Shown: one piece after another, positions 39,501 through 54,500 of the stretch | How positions within the stretch are numbered: the first letter of the stretch is position 1 | Layout: each line of letters starts with the position of its first letter | Source: Auanema rhodensis | Lineage: Eukaryota > Animalia > Nematoda | Length of the DNA stretch: 64,000 nucleotides | Direction of reading: 5' to 3' | NCBI GenBank assembly: GCA_964057225.1 | Contig: OZ059898.1 | Location: 19,344,001-19,408,000 of the forward strand | The notes under the pieces: generated by a model | What the model saw: only the letters and a program-made list of their open reading frames with translations | Database searches by the model: none | What the model was told of the DNA's origin: nothing | Made by a program: the position numbers and the translations under genes

Positions 39501-42500
39501 TTTTTGTCAAAATGTTTTTGGAAGCAATGTTGAGTGTACATGGAAACTCAACATACACTAATGCATCATTTTTCAAACAATCATAACTAATTTTTGTATT
39601 AAGCGTTTCTCAATGTAGTATAGTGCATTCGATGCGGATTTTTAAGCTGCGTCGATCTGTGTTATCAGATTTGCGCTAGCTTAAAAATGCACCGAGATAT
39701 CAACTGATATAAGTTCACACTTATATCCTCGATTTTCACCCTGAAGAATTATTTTTTTCGTTGAATAACATTGTCCATCGTCTTTGCCTTGAAAAAAGGA
39801 ATCTAAAAACATCTACTTTTTGCTAAATTATTTTGAAATTTTTCGAAAAAATTTTTGTCAAAATGTTTTTGGAAGCAATGTTGAGTGAACATGGAAACTC
39901 AACATACACTAATGCATCATTTTTCGAACAATCATAACTAATTTTTGTATTAAGCGTTTCTCAATGTAGTATAGTGCATTTGATACGGATTTTTAAGCTG
40001 CGTCGATCTGTGTTATCAGATTTGCGCTAGCTTAAAAATGCACCGAGATATCAACTGATATAAGTTCACACTTATATCCTAGATTTTCACCCTGAAGAAA
40101 TAATTGTTTCGTTGAATAACATTGTCCATCGTCTTTGCCTTGAAAAAAGGAATCTAAAAACATCTACTTTTTGCTAAATTATTTTGAAATTTTTCGAAAA
40201 AATTTTTGTCAAAATGTTTTTGGAAGCAATGTTGAGTGTACATGGAAACTCAACATACACTAATGCATCATTTTTCAAACAATCATAACTAATTTTTGTA
40301 TTAAGCGTTTCTCAATGTAGTATAGTGCATTCGATGCGGATTTTTAAGCTGCGTCGATCTGTGTTATCAGATTTGCGCTAGCTTAAAAATGCACCGAGAT
40401 ATCAACTGATATAAGTTCACACTTATATCCTCGATTTTCACCCTGAAGAATTATTTTTTTCGTTGAATAACATTGTCCATCGTCTTCGCCTTGAAAAAAG
40501 GAATCTAAAAACATCTACTTTTTGCTAAATTATTTTGAAATTTTTCGAAAAAATTTTTGTCAAAATGTTTTTGGAAGCAATGTTGAGTGAACATGGAAAC
40601 TCAACATACACTAATGCATCATTTTTCGAACAATCATAACTAATTTTTGTATTAAGCGTTTCTCAATGTAGTATAGTGCATTTGATACGGATTTTTAAGC
40701 TGCGTCGATCTGTGTTATCAGATTTGCGCTAGCTTAAAAATGCACCGAGATATCAACTGATATAAGTTCACACTTATATCCTAGATTTTCACCCTGAAGA
40801 AATAATTGTTTCGTTGAATAACATTGTCCATCGTCTTTGCCTTGAAAAAAGGAATCTAAAAACATCTACTTTTTGCTAAATTATTTTGAAATTTTTCGAA
40901 AAAATTTTTGTCAAAATGTTTTTGGAAGCAATGTTGAGTGTACATGGAAACTCAACATACACTAATGCATCATTTTTCAAACAATCATAACTAATTTTTG
41001 TATTAAGCGTTTCTAAATGTAGTATAGTGCATTCGATGCGGATTTTTAAGCTGCGTCGATCTGTCTTATCAGATTTGCGCTAGCTTAAAAATGCACCGAG
41101 ATATCAACTGATATAAGTTCACACTTATATCCTCGATTTTCACCCTGAAGAATTAATTTTTTCGTTGAATAACATTGTCCATCGTCTTTGCCTTGAAAAA
41201 AGGAATCTAAAAACATCTACTTTTTGCTAAATTATTTTGAAATTTTTCGAAAAAATTTTTGTCAAAATGTTTTTGGAAGCAATGTTGAGTGAACATGGAA
41301 ACTCAACATACACTAATGCATCATTTTTCGAACAATCATAACTAATTTTTGTATTAAGCGTTTCTCAATGTAGTATAGTGCATTTGATACGGATTTTTAA
41401 GCTGCGTCGATCTGTGTTATCAGATTTGCGCTAGCTTAAAAATGCACCGAGATATCAACTGATATAAGTTCACACTTATATCCTAGATTTTCACCCTGAA
41501 GAAATAATTTTTTCGTTGAATAACATTGTCCATCGTCTTTGCCTCGAAAAAAAGAATCTAAAAACATCTACTTTTTGCTAAATTATTTTGAAGTTTTTCG
41601 AAAAAATTTTTGTCAAAATGTTTTTGGAAGCAATGTTGAGTGTACATGGAAACTCAACATACACTAATGCATCATTTTTCAAACGATCATAACTAATTTT
41701 TGTATTAAGCGTTTCTCAATGTAGTATAGTGCATTCGATGCGGATTTTCAAGCTGCATCGATCTGTTTTATCAGATTTGCGCTAGCTTAAAAATGCACCG
41801 AGATATCAACTGATATAAGTTCACACTTATATCCTCGATTTTCACCCTGAAGAAATAATTTTTTCGTTGAATAACATTGTCCATCGTCTTTGCCTTGAAA
41901 AAAGGAATCTAAAAACATCTACTTTTTGCTAAATTATTTTGAAGTTTTTCGAAAAAATTTTTGTCAAAATGTTTTTGGAAGCAATGTTGAGTGTACATGG
42001 AAACTCAACATACACTAACGCATCATTTTTCAAACGATCATAACTAATTTTTGTATTAAGCGTTTCTCAATGTAGTATAGTGCATTCGATGCGAATTTTT
42101 AAGCTGCGTCGATCTGTGTTATCAGATTTGCGCTAGCTTAAAAATGCGCCGAGATATCAACTGATATAAGTTCACACTTATATCCTCGATTTTCACCCTG
42201 AAGAATTAATTTTTTCGTTGAATAACATTGTCCATCGTCTTTGCCTTGAAAAAAGGAATCTAAAAACATCTACTTTTTGCTAAATTATTTTGAAATTTTT
42301 CGAAAAAATTTTTGTCAAAATGTTTTTGGAAGCAATGTTGAGTGAACATGGAAACTCAACATACACTAATGCATCATTTTTCGAACAATCATAACTAATT
42401 TTTGTATTAAGCGTTTCTCAATGTAGTATAGTGCATTCGATGCGGATTTTTAAGCTGCGTCGATCTGTGTTATCAGATTTGCGCTAGCTTAAAAATGCAC

Positions 42501-45500
42501 CGAGATATCAACTGATATAAGTTCACACTTATATCCTCGATTTTCACCCTGAAGAATTAATTTTTTCGTTGAATAACATTGTCCATCGTCTTTGCCTTGA
42601 AAAAAGGAATCTAAAAACATCTACTTTTTGCTAAATTATTTTGAAATTTTTCGAAAAAATTTTTGTCAAAATGTTTTTGGAAGCAATGTTGAGTGTACAT
42701 GGAAACTCAACATACACTAATGCATCATTTTTCAAACGATCATAACTAATTTTTGTATTAAGCGTTTCTCAATGTAGTATAGTGCATTCGATGCGGATTT
42801 TTAAGCTGCGTCGATCTGTGTTATCAGATTCGCGCTAGCTTAAAAATGCACCGAGATATCAACTGATATAAGTTCACACTTATATTCTCGATTTTCACCC
42901 TGAAGAAATAATTTTTTCGTTGAATAACATTGTCCATCGTCTTTGCCTTGAAAAAAGGAATCTAAAAACATCTACTTTTTGCTAAATTATTTTGAAGTTT
43001 TTCAAAAAAATTTTTGTCAAAATGTTTTTGGAAGCAATGTTGAGTGTACATGGAAACTCAACATACACTAACGCATCATTTTTCAAACGATCATAACTAA
43101 TTTTTGTATTAAGCGTTTCTCAATGTAGTATAGTGCATTCGATGCGGATTTTTAAGCTGCGTCGATCTGTGTTATGAGATTTGCGCTAGCTTAAAAATGC
43201 ACCGAGATATCAACTGATATAAGTTCACACTTATATCCTCGATTTTCACCCTGAAGAATTAATTTTTTCGTTGAATAACATTGTCCATCGTCTTTGCCTT
43301 GAAAAAAGGAATCTAAACACATCTACTTTTTGCTAAATTATTTTGAAATTTTTCGAAAAAATTTTTGTCAAAATGTTTTTGGAAGCAATGTTGAGTGAAC
43401 ATGGAAACTCAACATACACTAATGCATCATTTTTCAAACAATCATAACTAATTTTTGTATCAAGCGTTTCTCAATGTAGTATAGTGCATTCGATGCGGAT
43501 TTTTAAGCTGCGTCGATCTGTGTTATCAGATTTGCGCTAACTTAAAAATGCACCGAGATATCAACTGATATAAGTTCACACTTATATCCTCGATTTTCAC
43601 CCTGAAGAATTAATTTTTTCGTTGAATAACATTGTCCATCGTCTTTGCCTTGAAAAAAGGAATCTAAAAACATCTACTTTTTGCTAAATTATTTTGAAAT
43701 TTTTCGAAAAAATTTTTGTCAAAATGTTTTTGGAAGCAATGTTGAGTGAACATGGAAACTCAACATACACTAATGCATCATTTTTCAAACAATCATAACT
43801 AAATTTTGTATTAAGCGTTTCTCAATGTAGTATAGTGCATTTGATGCGGATTTTTAAGCTGCGTCGATCTGTGTTATCAGATTTGCGCTAGCTTAAAAAT
43901 GCACCGAGATATCAACTGATATAAGTTCACACTTATATCCTCGATTTTCACCCTGAAGAAATAATTTTTTTGTTGAATAACATTGTCCATCGTCTTCGCC
44001 TTGAAAAAAGGAATCTAAAAACATCTACTTTTTGCTAAATTATTTTGAAGTTTTTCGAAAAAATTTTTGTCAAAATGTTTTTGGAAGCAATGTTGAGTGT
44101 ACATGGAAACTCAACATACACTAATGCATCATTTTTCAAACGATCATAACTAATTTTTGTATTAAGCGTTTCTCAATGTAGTATAGTGCATTCGATGCGG
44201 ATTTTTAAGCTGCGTCGATCTGTGTTATGAGATTTGCGCTAGCTTAAAAATGCACCGAGATATCAACTGATATAAGTTCACACTTATATCCTCGATTTTC
44301 ACCCTGAAGAATTAATTTTTTCGTTGAATAACATTGTCCATCGTCTTTGCCTTGAAAAAAGGAATCTAAAAACATCTACTTTTTGCTAAATTATTTTGAA
44401 GTTTTTCGAAAAAATTTTTGTCAAAATGTTTTTGGAAGCAATGTTGAGTGTACATGGAAACTCAACATACACTAATGCATCATTTTTCAAACGATCATAA
44501 CTAATTTTTGTATTAAGCGTTTCTCAATGTAGTATAGTGCATTCGATGCGGATTTTTAAGCTGCGTCGATCTGTGTTATGAGATTTGCGCTAGCTTAAAA
44601 ATGCACCGAGATATCAACTGATATAAGTTCACACTTATATCCTCGATTTTCACCCTGAAGAATTAATTTTTTCGTTGAATAACATTGTCCATCGTCTTTG
44701 CCTTGAAAAAAGGAATCTAAAAACATCTACTTTTTGCTAAATTATTTTGAAATTTTTCGAAAAAATTTTTGTCAAAATGTTTTTGGAAGCAATGTTGAGT
44801 GAACATGGAAACTCAACATACACTAATGCATCATTTTTCAAACAATCATAACTAATTTTTGTATCAAGCGTTTCTCAATGTAGTATAATGCATTCGATGC
44901 GGATTTTTAAGCTGCGTCGATCTGTGTTATCAGATTTGCGCTAACTTAAAAATGCACCGAGATATCAACTGATATAAGTTCACACTTATATCCTCGATTT
45001 TCACCCTGAAGAAATAATTTTTTCGTTGAATAACATTGTCCATCGTCTTTGCCTTGAAAAAAGGAATCTAAAAACATCTACTTTTTGCTAAATTATTCTG
45101 AAGTTTTTTGAAAAAATTTTTGTCAAAATGTTTTTGGAAGCAATGTTGAGTGTACATGGAAACTCAACATACACTAATGCATCATTTTTCAAACGATCAT
45201 AACTAATTTTTGTATTAAGCGTTTCTCAATGTAGTATAGTGCATTCGATGCGGATTTTTAAGCTGCGTCGATCTGTGTTATGAGATTTGCGCTAGCTTAA
45301 AAATGCACCGAGATATCAACTGATATAAGTTCACACTTATATCCTCGATTTTCACCCTGAAGAATTAATTTTTTCGTTGAATAACATTGTCCATCGTCTT
45401 TGCCTTGATAAAAGAAATCTAAAAACATCTACTTTTTGCTAAATTATTTTGAAATTTTTCGAAAAAATTTTTGTCAAAATGTTTTTGGAAGCAATGTTGA

Positions 45501-48500
45501 GTGTACATGGAAACTCAACATACACTAATGCATCATTTTTCAAACGATCATAACTAATTTTTGTATTAAGCGTTTCTCAATGTAGTATAGTGCATTTGAT
45601 GCGGATTTTTAAGCTGCGTCGATCTGTGTTATCAGATTTGCGCTAGCTTAAAAATGCACCGAGATATCAACTGATATAAGTTCACACTTATATCCTCGAT
45701 TTTCACCCTGAAGAAATAATTTTTTCGTTGAATAACATTGTCCATCGTCTTTGCCTTGAAAAAAGGAATCTAAAAACATCTACTTTTTGCTTAATTATTC
45801 TGAAATTTTTCGAAAAAATTTTTGTCAAAATGTTTTTGGAAGCAATGTTGAGTGTACATGGAAACTCAACATACACTAATGCATCATTTTTCGAACGATC
45901 ATAACTAATTTTTGTATTAAGCGTTTCTCAATGTAGTATAGTGCATTCGATGCGGATTTTTAAGCTGCGTCGATCTGTGTTATCAGATTTGCGCAAGCTT
46001 AAAAATGCACCGAGACATCAACTGATATAAGTTCACACTGATATCCTCGATTTTCACCCTGAAGAATTAATTTTTTCGTTGAATAACATTGTCCATCGTC
46101 TTTGCCTTGAAAAAAGGAATCTAAAAACATCTACTTTTTGCTAAATTATTTTGAAATTTTTCGAAAAAATTTTTGTCAAAATGTTTTTGGAAGCAATGTT
46201 GAGTGAACATGGAAACTCAACATACACTAATGCATCATTTTTCGAACAATCATAACTAATTTTTGTATTAAGCGTTTCTCAATGTAGTATAGTGCATTTG
46301 ATACGGATTTTTAAGCTGCGTCGATCTGTGTTATCAGATTTGCGCTAGCTTAAAAATGCACCGAGATATCAACTGATATAAGTTCACACTTATATCCTAG
46401 ATTTTCACCCTGAAGAAATAATTTTTTCGTTGAATAACATTGTCCATCGTCTTTGCCTTGAAAAAAGGAATCTAAAAACATCTACTTTTTGCTAAATTAT
46501 TTTGAAGTTTTTCGAAAAAATTTTTGTCAAAATGTTTTTGGAAGCAATGTTGAGTGTACATGGAAACTCAACATACACTAACGCATCATTTTTCAAACGA
46601 TCATAACTAATTTTTGTATTAAGCGTTTCTCAATGTAGTATAGTGCATTCGATGCGGATTTTTAAGCTGCGTCGATCTGTGTTATCAGATTTGCGCTAGC
46701 TTAAAAATGCACCGAGATATCAACTGATATAAGTTCACACTTATATCCTCGATTTTCACCCTGAAGAATTAATTTTTTCGTTGAATAACATTGTCCATCG
46801 TCTTTGCCTTGAAAAAAGGAATCTAAAAACATCTACTTTTTGCTAAATTATTTTGAAATTTTTCGAAAAAATTTTTGTCAAAATGTTTTTGGAAGCAATG
46901 TTGAGTGAACATGGAAACTCAACATACACTAATGCATCATTTTTCGAACAATCATAACTAATTTTTGTATTAAGCGTTTCTCAATGTAGTATAGTGCATT
47001 CGATGCGGATTTTTAAGCTGCGTCGATCTGTGTTATCAGATTTGCGCTAGCTTAAAAATGCACCGAGATATCATCTGATATAAGTTCACACTTATATCCT
47101 CGATTTTCACCCTGAAGAATTAATTTTTTCGTTGAATAACATTGTCCATCGTCTTTGCCTTGAAAAAAGGAATCTAAAAACATCTACTTTTTGCTAAATT
47201 ATTTTGAAATTTTTCGAAAAAATTTTTGTCAAAATGTTTTTGGAAGCAATGTTGAGTGTACATGGAAACTCAACATACACTAATGCATCATTTTTCAAAC
47301 GATCATAACTAATTTTTGTATTAAGCGTTTCTCAATGTAGTATAGTGCATTCGATGCGGATTTTTAAGCTGCGTCGATCTGTGTTATCAGATTTGCGCTA
47401 GCTTAAAAATGCACCGAGATATCAACTGATATAAGTTCACACTTATATTCTCGATTTTCACCCTGAAGAAATAATTTTTTCGTTGAATAACATTGTCCAT
47501 CGTCTTTGCCTTGAAAAAAGGAATCTAAAAACATCTACTTTTTGCTAAATTATTTTGAAGTTTTTCAAAAAAATTTTTGTCAAAATGTTTTTGGAAGCAA
47601 TGTTGAGTGTACATGGAAACTCAACATACACTAACGCATCATTTTTCAAACGATCATAACTAATTTTTGTATTAAGCGTTTCTCAATGTAGTATAGTGCA
47701 TTCGATGCGGATTTTTAAGCTGCGTCGATCTGTGTTATGAGATTTGCGCTAGCTTAAAAATGCACCGAGATATCAACTGATATAAGTTCACACTTATATC
47801 CTCGATTTTCACCCTGAAGAATTAATTTTTTCGTTGAATAACATTGTCCATCGTCTTTGCCTTGAAAAAAGGAATCTAAACACATCTACTTTTTGCTAAA
47901 TTATTTTGAAATTTTTCGAAAAAATTTTTGTCAAAATGTTTTTGGAAGCAATGTTGAGTGAACATGGAAACTCAACATACACTAATGCATCATTTTTCGA
48001 ACAATCATAACTAATTTTTGTATTAAGCGTTTCTCAATGTAGTATAGTGCATTCGATGCGGATTTTTAAGCTGCGTCGATCTGTGTTATCAGATTTGCGC
48101 TAGCTTAAAAATGCACCGAGATATCAACTGATATAAGTTCACACTTATATCCTAGATTTTCACCCTGAAGAAATAATTTTTTCGTTGAATAACATTGTCC
48201 ATCGTCTTTGCCTTGAAAAAAGGAATCTAAACACATCTACTTTTTGCTAAATTATTTTGAAATTTTTCGAAAAAATTTTTGTCAAAATGTTTTTGGAAGC
48301 AATGTTGAGTGAACATGGAAACTCAACATACACTAATGCATCATTTTTCGAACAATCATAACTAATTTTTGTATTAAGCGTTTCTCAATGTAGTATAGTG
48401 CATTTGATACGGATTTTTAAGCTGCGTCGATCTGTGTTATCAGATTTGCGCTAGCTTAAAAATGCACCGAGATATCAACTGATATAAGTTCACACTTATA

Positions 48501-51500
48501 TCCTAGATTTTCACCCTGAAGAAATAATTTTTTCGTTGAATAACATTGTCCATCGTCTTTGCCTTGAAAAAAGGAATCTAAAAACATCTACTTTTTGCTA
48601 AATTATTTTGAAGTTTTTCGAAAAAATTTTTGTCAAAATGTTTTTGGAAGCAATGTTGAGTGAACATGGAAACTCAACATACACTAATGCATCATTTTTC
48701 GAACAATCATAACTAATTTTTGTATTAAGCGTTTCTCAATGTAGTATAGTGCATTTGATACGGATTTTTAAGCTGCGTCGATCTGTGTTATCAGATTTGC
48801 GCTAGCTTAAAAATGCACCGAGATATCAACTGATATAAGTTCACACTTATATCCTAGATTTTCACCCTGAAGAAATAATTTTTTCGTTGAATAACATTGT
48901 CCATCGTCTTTGCCTTGAAAAAAGGAATCTAAAAACATCTACTTTTTGCTAAATTATTTTGAAATTTTTCGAAAAAATTTTTGTCAAAATGTTTTTGGAA
49001 GCAATGTTGAGTGAACATGGAAACTCAACATACACTAATGCATCATTTTTCGAACAATCATAACTAATTTTTGTATTAAGCGTTTCTCAATGTAGTATAG
49101 TGCATTTGATACGGATTTTTAAGCTGCGTCGATCTGTGTTATCAGATTTGCGCTAGCTTAAAAATGCACCGAGATATCAACTGATATAAGTTCACACTTA
49201 TATCCTAGATTTTCACCCTGAAGAAATAATTTTTTCGTTGAATAACATTGTCCATCGTCTTTGCCTTGAAAAAAGGAATCTAAAAACATCTACTTTTTGC
49301 TAAATTATTTTGAAGTTTTTCGAAAAAATTTTTGTCAAAATGTTTTTGGAAGCAATGTTGAGTGTACATGGAAACTCAACATACACTAATGCATCATTTT
49401 TCGAACAATCATAACTAATTTTTGTATTAAGCGTTTCTCAATGTAGTATAGTGCATTTGATACGGATTTTTAAGCTGCGTCGATCTGTGTTATCAGATTT
49501 GCGCTAGCTTAAAAATGCACCGAGATATCAACTGATATAAGTTCACACTTATATCCTAGATTTTCACCCTGAAGAAATAATTTTTTCGTTGAATAACATT
49601 GTCCATCGTCTTTGCCTTGAAAAAAGGAATCTAAAAACATCTACTTTTTGCTAAATTATTTTGAAGTTTTTCGAAAAAATTTTTGTCAAAATGTTTTTGG
49701 AAGCAATGTTGAGTGTACATGGAAACTCAACATACACTAATGCATCATTTTTCGAACGATCATAACTAATTTTTGTATTAAGCGTTTCTCAATGTAGTAT
49801 AGTGCATTCGATGCGGATTTTTAAGCTGCGTCGATCTGTGTTATCAGATTTGCGCAAGCTTAAAAATGCACCGAGACATCAACTGATATAAGTTCACACT
49901 GATATCCTCGATTTTCACCCTGAAGAATTAATTTTTTCGTTGAATAACATTGTCCATCGTCTTTGCCTTGAAAAAAGGAATCTAAAAACATCTACTTTTT
50001 GCTAAATTATTTTGAAATTTTTCGAAAAAATTTTTGTCAAAATGTTTTTGGAAGCAATGTTGAGTGTACATGGAAACTCAACATACACTAATGCATCATT
50101 TTTCAAACGATCATAACTAATTTTTGTATTAAGCGTTTCTCAATGTAGTATAGTGCATTCGATGCGGATTTTTAAGCTGCGTCGATCTGTGTTATCAGAT
50201 TTGCGCTAGCTTAAAAATGCACCGAGATATCAACTGATATAAGTTCACACTTATATTCTCGATTTTCACCCTGAAGAAATAATTTTTTCGTTGAATAACA
50301 TTGTCCATCGTCTTTGCCTTGAAAAAAGGAATCTAAAAACATCTACTTTTTGCTAAATTATTTTGAAGTTTTTCAAAAAAATTTTTGTCAAAATGTTTTT
50401 GGAAGCAATGTTGAGTGTACATGGAAACTCAACATACACTAACGCATCATTTTTCAAACGATCATAACTAATTTTTGTATTAAGCGTTTCTCAATGTAGT
50501 ATAGTGCATTCGATGCGGATTTTTAAGCTGCGTCGATCTGTGTTATGAGATTTGCGCTAGCTTAAAAATGCACCGAGATATCAACTGATATAAGTTCACA
50601 CTTATATCCTCGATTTTCACCCTGAAGAATTAATTTTTTCGTTGAATAACATTGTCCATCGTCTTTGCCTTGAAAAAAGGAATCTAAACACATCTACTTT
50701 TTGCTAAATTATTTTGAAATTTTTCGAAAAAATTTTTGTCAAAATGTTTTTGGAAGCAATGTTGAGTGAACATGGAAACTCAACATACACTAATGCATCA
50801 TTTTTCGAACAATCATAACTAATTTTTGTATTAAGCGTTTCTCAATGTAGTATAGTGCATTTGATACGGATTTTTAAGCTGCGTCGATCTGTGTTATCAG
50901 ATTTGCGCTAGCTTAAAAATGCACCGAGATATCAACTGATATAAGTTCACACTTATATCCTAGATTTTCACCCTGAAGAAATAATTTTTTCGTTGAATAA
51001 CATTGTCCATCGTCTTTGCCTTGAAAAAAGGAATCTAAAAACATCTACTTTTTGCTAAATTATTTTGAAATTTTTCGAAAAAATTTTTGTCAAAATGTTT
51101 TTGGAAGCAATGTTGAGTGAACATGGAAACTCAACATACACTAATGCATCATTTTTCGAACAATCATAACTAATTTTTGTATTAAGCGTTTCTCAATGTA
51201 GTATAGTGCATTTGATACGGATTTTTAAGCTGCGTCGATCTGTGTTATCAGATTTGCGCTAGCTTAAAAATGCACCGAGATATCAACTGATATAAGTTCA
51301 CACTTATATCCTAGATTTTCACCCTGAAGAAATAATTTTTTCGTTGAATAACATTGTCCATCGTCTTTGCCTTGAAAAAAGGAATCTAAAAACATCTACT
51401 TTTTGCTAAATTATTTTGAAGTTTTTCGAAAAAATTTTTGTCAAAATGTTTTTGGAAGCAATGTTGAGTGTACATGGAAACTCAACATACACTAACGCAT

Positions 51501-54500
51501 CATTTTTCAAACGATCATAACTAATTTTTGTATTAAGCGTTTCTCAATGTAGTATAGTGCATTCGATGCGGATTTTTAAGCTGCGTCGATCTGTGTTATC
51601 AGATTTGCGCTAGCTTAAAAATGCACCGAGATATCAACTGATATAAGTTCACACTTATATCCTCGATTTTCACCCTGAAGAATTAATTTTTTCGTTGAAT
51701 AACATTGTCCATCGTCTTTGCCTTGAAAAAAGGAATCTAAAAACATCTACTTTTTGCTAAATTATTTTGAAATTTTTCGAAAAAATTTTTGTCAAAATGT
51801 TTTTGGAAGCAATGTTGAGTGAACATGGAAACTCAACATACACTAATGCATCATTTTTCGAACAATCATAACTAATTTTTGTATTAAGCGTTTCTCAATG
51901 TAGTATAGTGCATTCGATGCGGATTTTTAAGCTGCGTCGATCTGTGTTATCAGATTTGCGCTAGCTTAAAAATGCACCGAGATATCATCTGATATAAGTT
52001 CACACTTATATCCTCGATTTTCACCCTGAAGAATTAATTTTTTCGTTGAATAACATTGTCCATCGTCTTTGCCTTGAAAAAAGGAATCTAAAAACATCTA
52101 CTTTTTGCTAAATTATTTTGAAATTTTTCGAAAAAATTTTTGTCAAAATGTTTTTGGAAGCAATGTTGAGTGTACATGGAAACTCAACATACACTAACGC
52201 ATCATTTTTCAAACGATCATAACTAATTTTTGTATTAAGCGTTTCTCAATGTAGTATAGTGCATTCGATGCGGATTTTTAAGCTGCGTCGATCTGTGTTA
52301 TCAGATTTGCGCTAGCTTAAAAATGCACCGAGATATCATCTGATATAAGTTCACACTTATATCCTAGATTTTCACCCTGAAGAAATAATTTTTTCGTTGA
52401 ATAACATTGTCCATCGTCTTTGCCTTGAAAAAAGGAATCTAAAAACATCTACTTTTTGCTAAATTATTTTGAAGTTTTTCGAAAAAATTTTTGTCAAAAT
52501 GTTTTTGGAAGCAATGTTGAGTGTACATGGAAACTCAACATACACTAATGCATCATTTTTCGAACGATCATAACTAATTTTTGTATTAAGCGTTTCTCAA
52601 TGTAGTATAGTGCATTCGATGCGGATTTTTAAGCTGCGTCGATCTGTGTTATCAGATTTGCGCAAGCTTAAAAATGCACCGAGACATCAACTGATATAAG
52701 TTCACACTGATATCCTCGATTTTCACCCTGAAGAATTAATTTTTTCGTTGAATAACATTGTCCATCGTCTTTGCCTTGAAAAAAGGAATCTAAAAACATC
52801 TACTTTTTGCTAAATTATTTTGAAATTTTTCGAAAAAATTTTTGTCAAAATGTTTTTGGAAGCAATGTTGAGTGAACATGGAAACTCAACATACACTAAT
52901 GCATCATTTTTCGAACAATCATAACTAATTTTTGTATTAAGCGTTTCTCAATGTAGTATAGTGCATTTGATACGGATTTTTAAGCTGCGTCGATCTGTGT
53001 TATCAGATTTGCGCTAGCTTAAAAATGCACCGAGATATCAACTGATATAAGTTCACACTTATATCCTAGATTTTCACCCTGAAGAAATAATTTTTTCGTT
53101 GAATAACATTGTCCATCGTCTTTGCCTTGAAAAAAGGAATCTAAAAACATCTACTTTTTGCTAAATTATTTTGAAGTTTTTCGAAAAAATTTTTGTCAAA
53201 ATGTTTTTGGAAGCAATGTTGAGTGTACATGGAAACTCAACATACACTAACGCATCATTTTTCAAACGATCATAACTAATTTTTGTATTAAGCGTTTCTC
53301 AATGTAGTATAGTGCATTTGATACGGATTTTTAAGCTGCGTCGATCTGTGTTATCAGATTTGCGCTAGCTTAAAAATGCACCGAGATATCAACTGATATA
53401 AGTTCACACTTATATCCTAGATTTTCACCCTGAAGAAATAATTTTTTCGTTGAATAACATTGTCCATCGTCTTTGCCTTGAAAAAAGGAATCTAAAAACA
53501 TCTACTTTTTGCTAAATTATTTTGAAGTTTTTCGAAAAAATTTTTGTCAAAATGTTTTTGGAAGCAATGTTGAGTGTACATGGAAACTCAACATACACTA
53601 ACGCATCATTTTTCAAACGATCATAACTAATTTTTGTATTAAGCGTTTCTCAATGTAGTATAGTGCATTCGATGCGGATTTTTAAGCTGCGTCGATCTGT
53701 GTTATCAGATTTGCGCTAGCTTAAAAATGCACCGAGATATCAACTGATATAAGTTCACACTTATATCCTAGATTTTCACCCTGAAGAAATAATTTTTTCG
53801 TTGAATAACATTGTCCATCGTCTTTGCCTTGAAAAAAGGAATCTAAAAACATCTACTTTTTGCTAAATTATTTTGAAATTTTTCGAAAAAATTTTTGTCA
53901 AAATGTTTTTGGAAGCAATGTTGAGTGTACATGGAAACTCAACATACACTAATGCATCATTTTTCAAACGATCATAACTAATTTTTGTATTAAGCGTTTC
54001 TCAATGTAGTATAGTGCATTCGATGCGGATTTTTAAGCTGCGTCGATCTGTGTTATCAGATTTGCGCAAGCTTAAAAATGCACCGAGACATCAACTGATA
54101 TAAGTTCACACTGATATCCTCGATTTTCACCCTGAAGAATTAATTTTTTCGTTGAATAACATTGTCCATCGTCTTTGCCATGAAAAAAGGAATCTAAAAA
54201 CATCTACTTTTTGCTAAATTATTTTGAAATTTTTCGAAAAAATTTTTGTCAAAATGTTTTTGGAAGCAATGTTGAGTGAACATGGAAACTCAACATACAC
54301 TAATGCATCATTTTTCGAACAATCATAACTAATTTTTGTATTAAGCGTTTCTCAATGTAGTATAGTGCATTTGATACGGATTTTTAAGCTGCGTCGATCT
54401 GTGTTATCAGATTTGCGCTAGCTTAAAAATGCACCGAGATATCAACTGATATAAGTTCACACTTATATCCTAGATTTTCACCCTGAAGAAATAATTTTTT

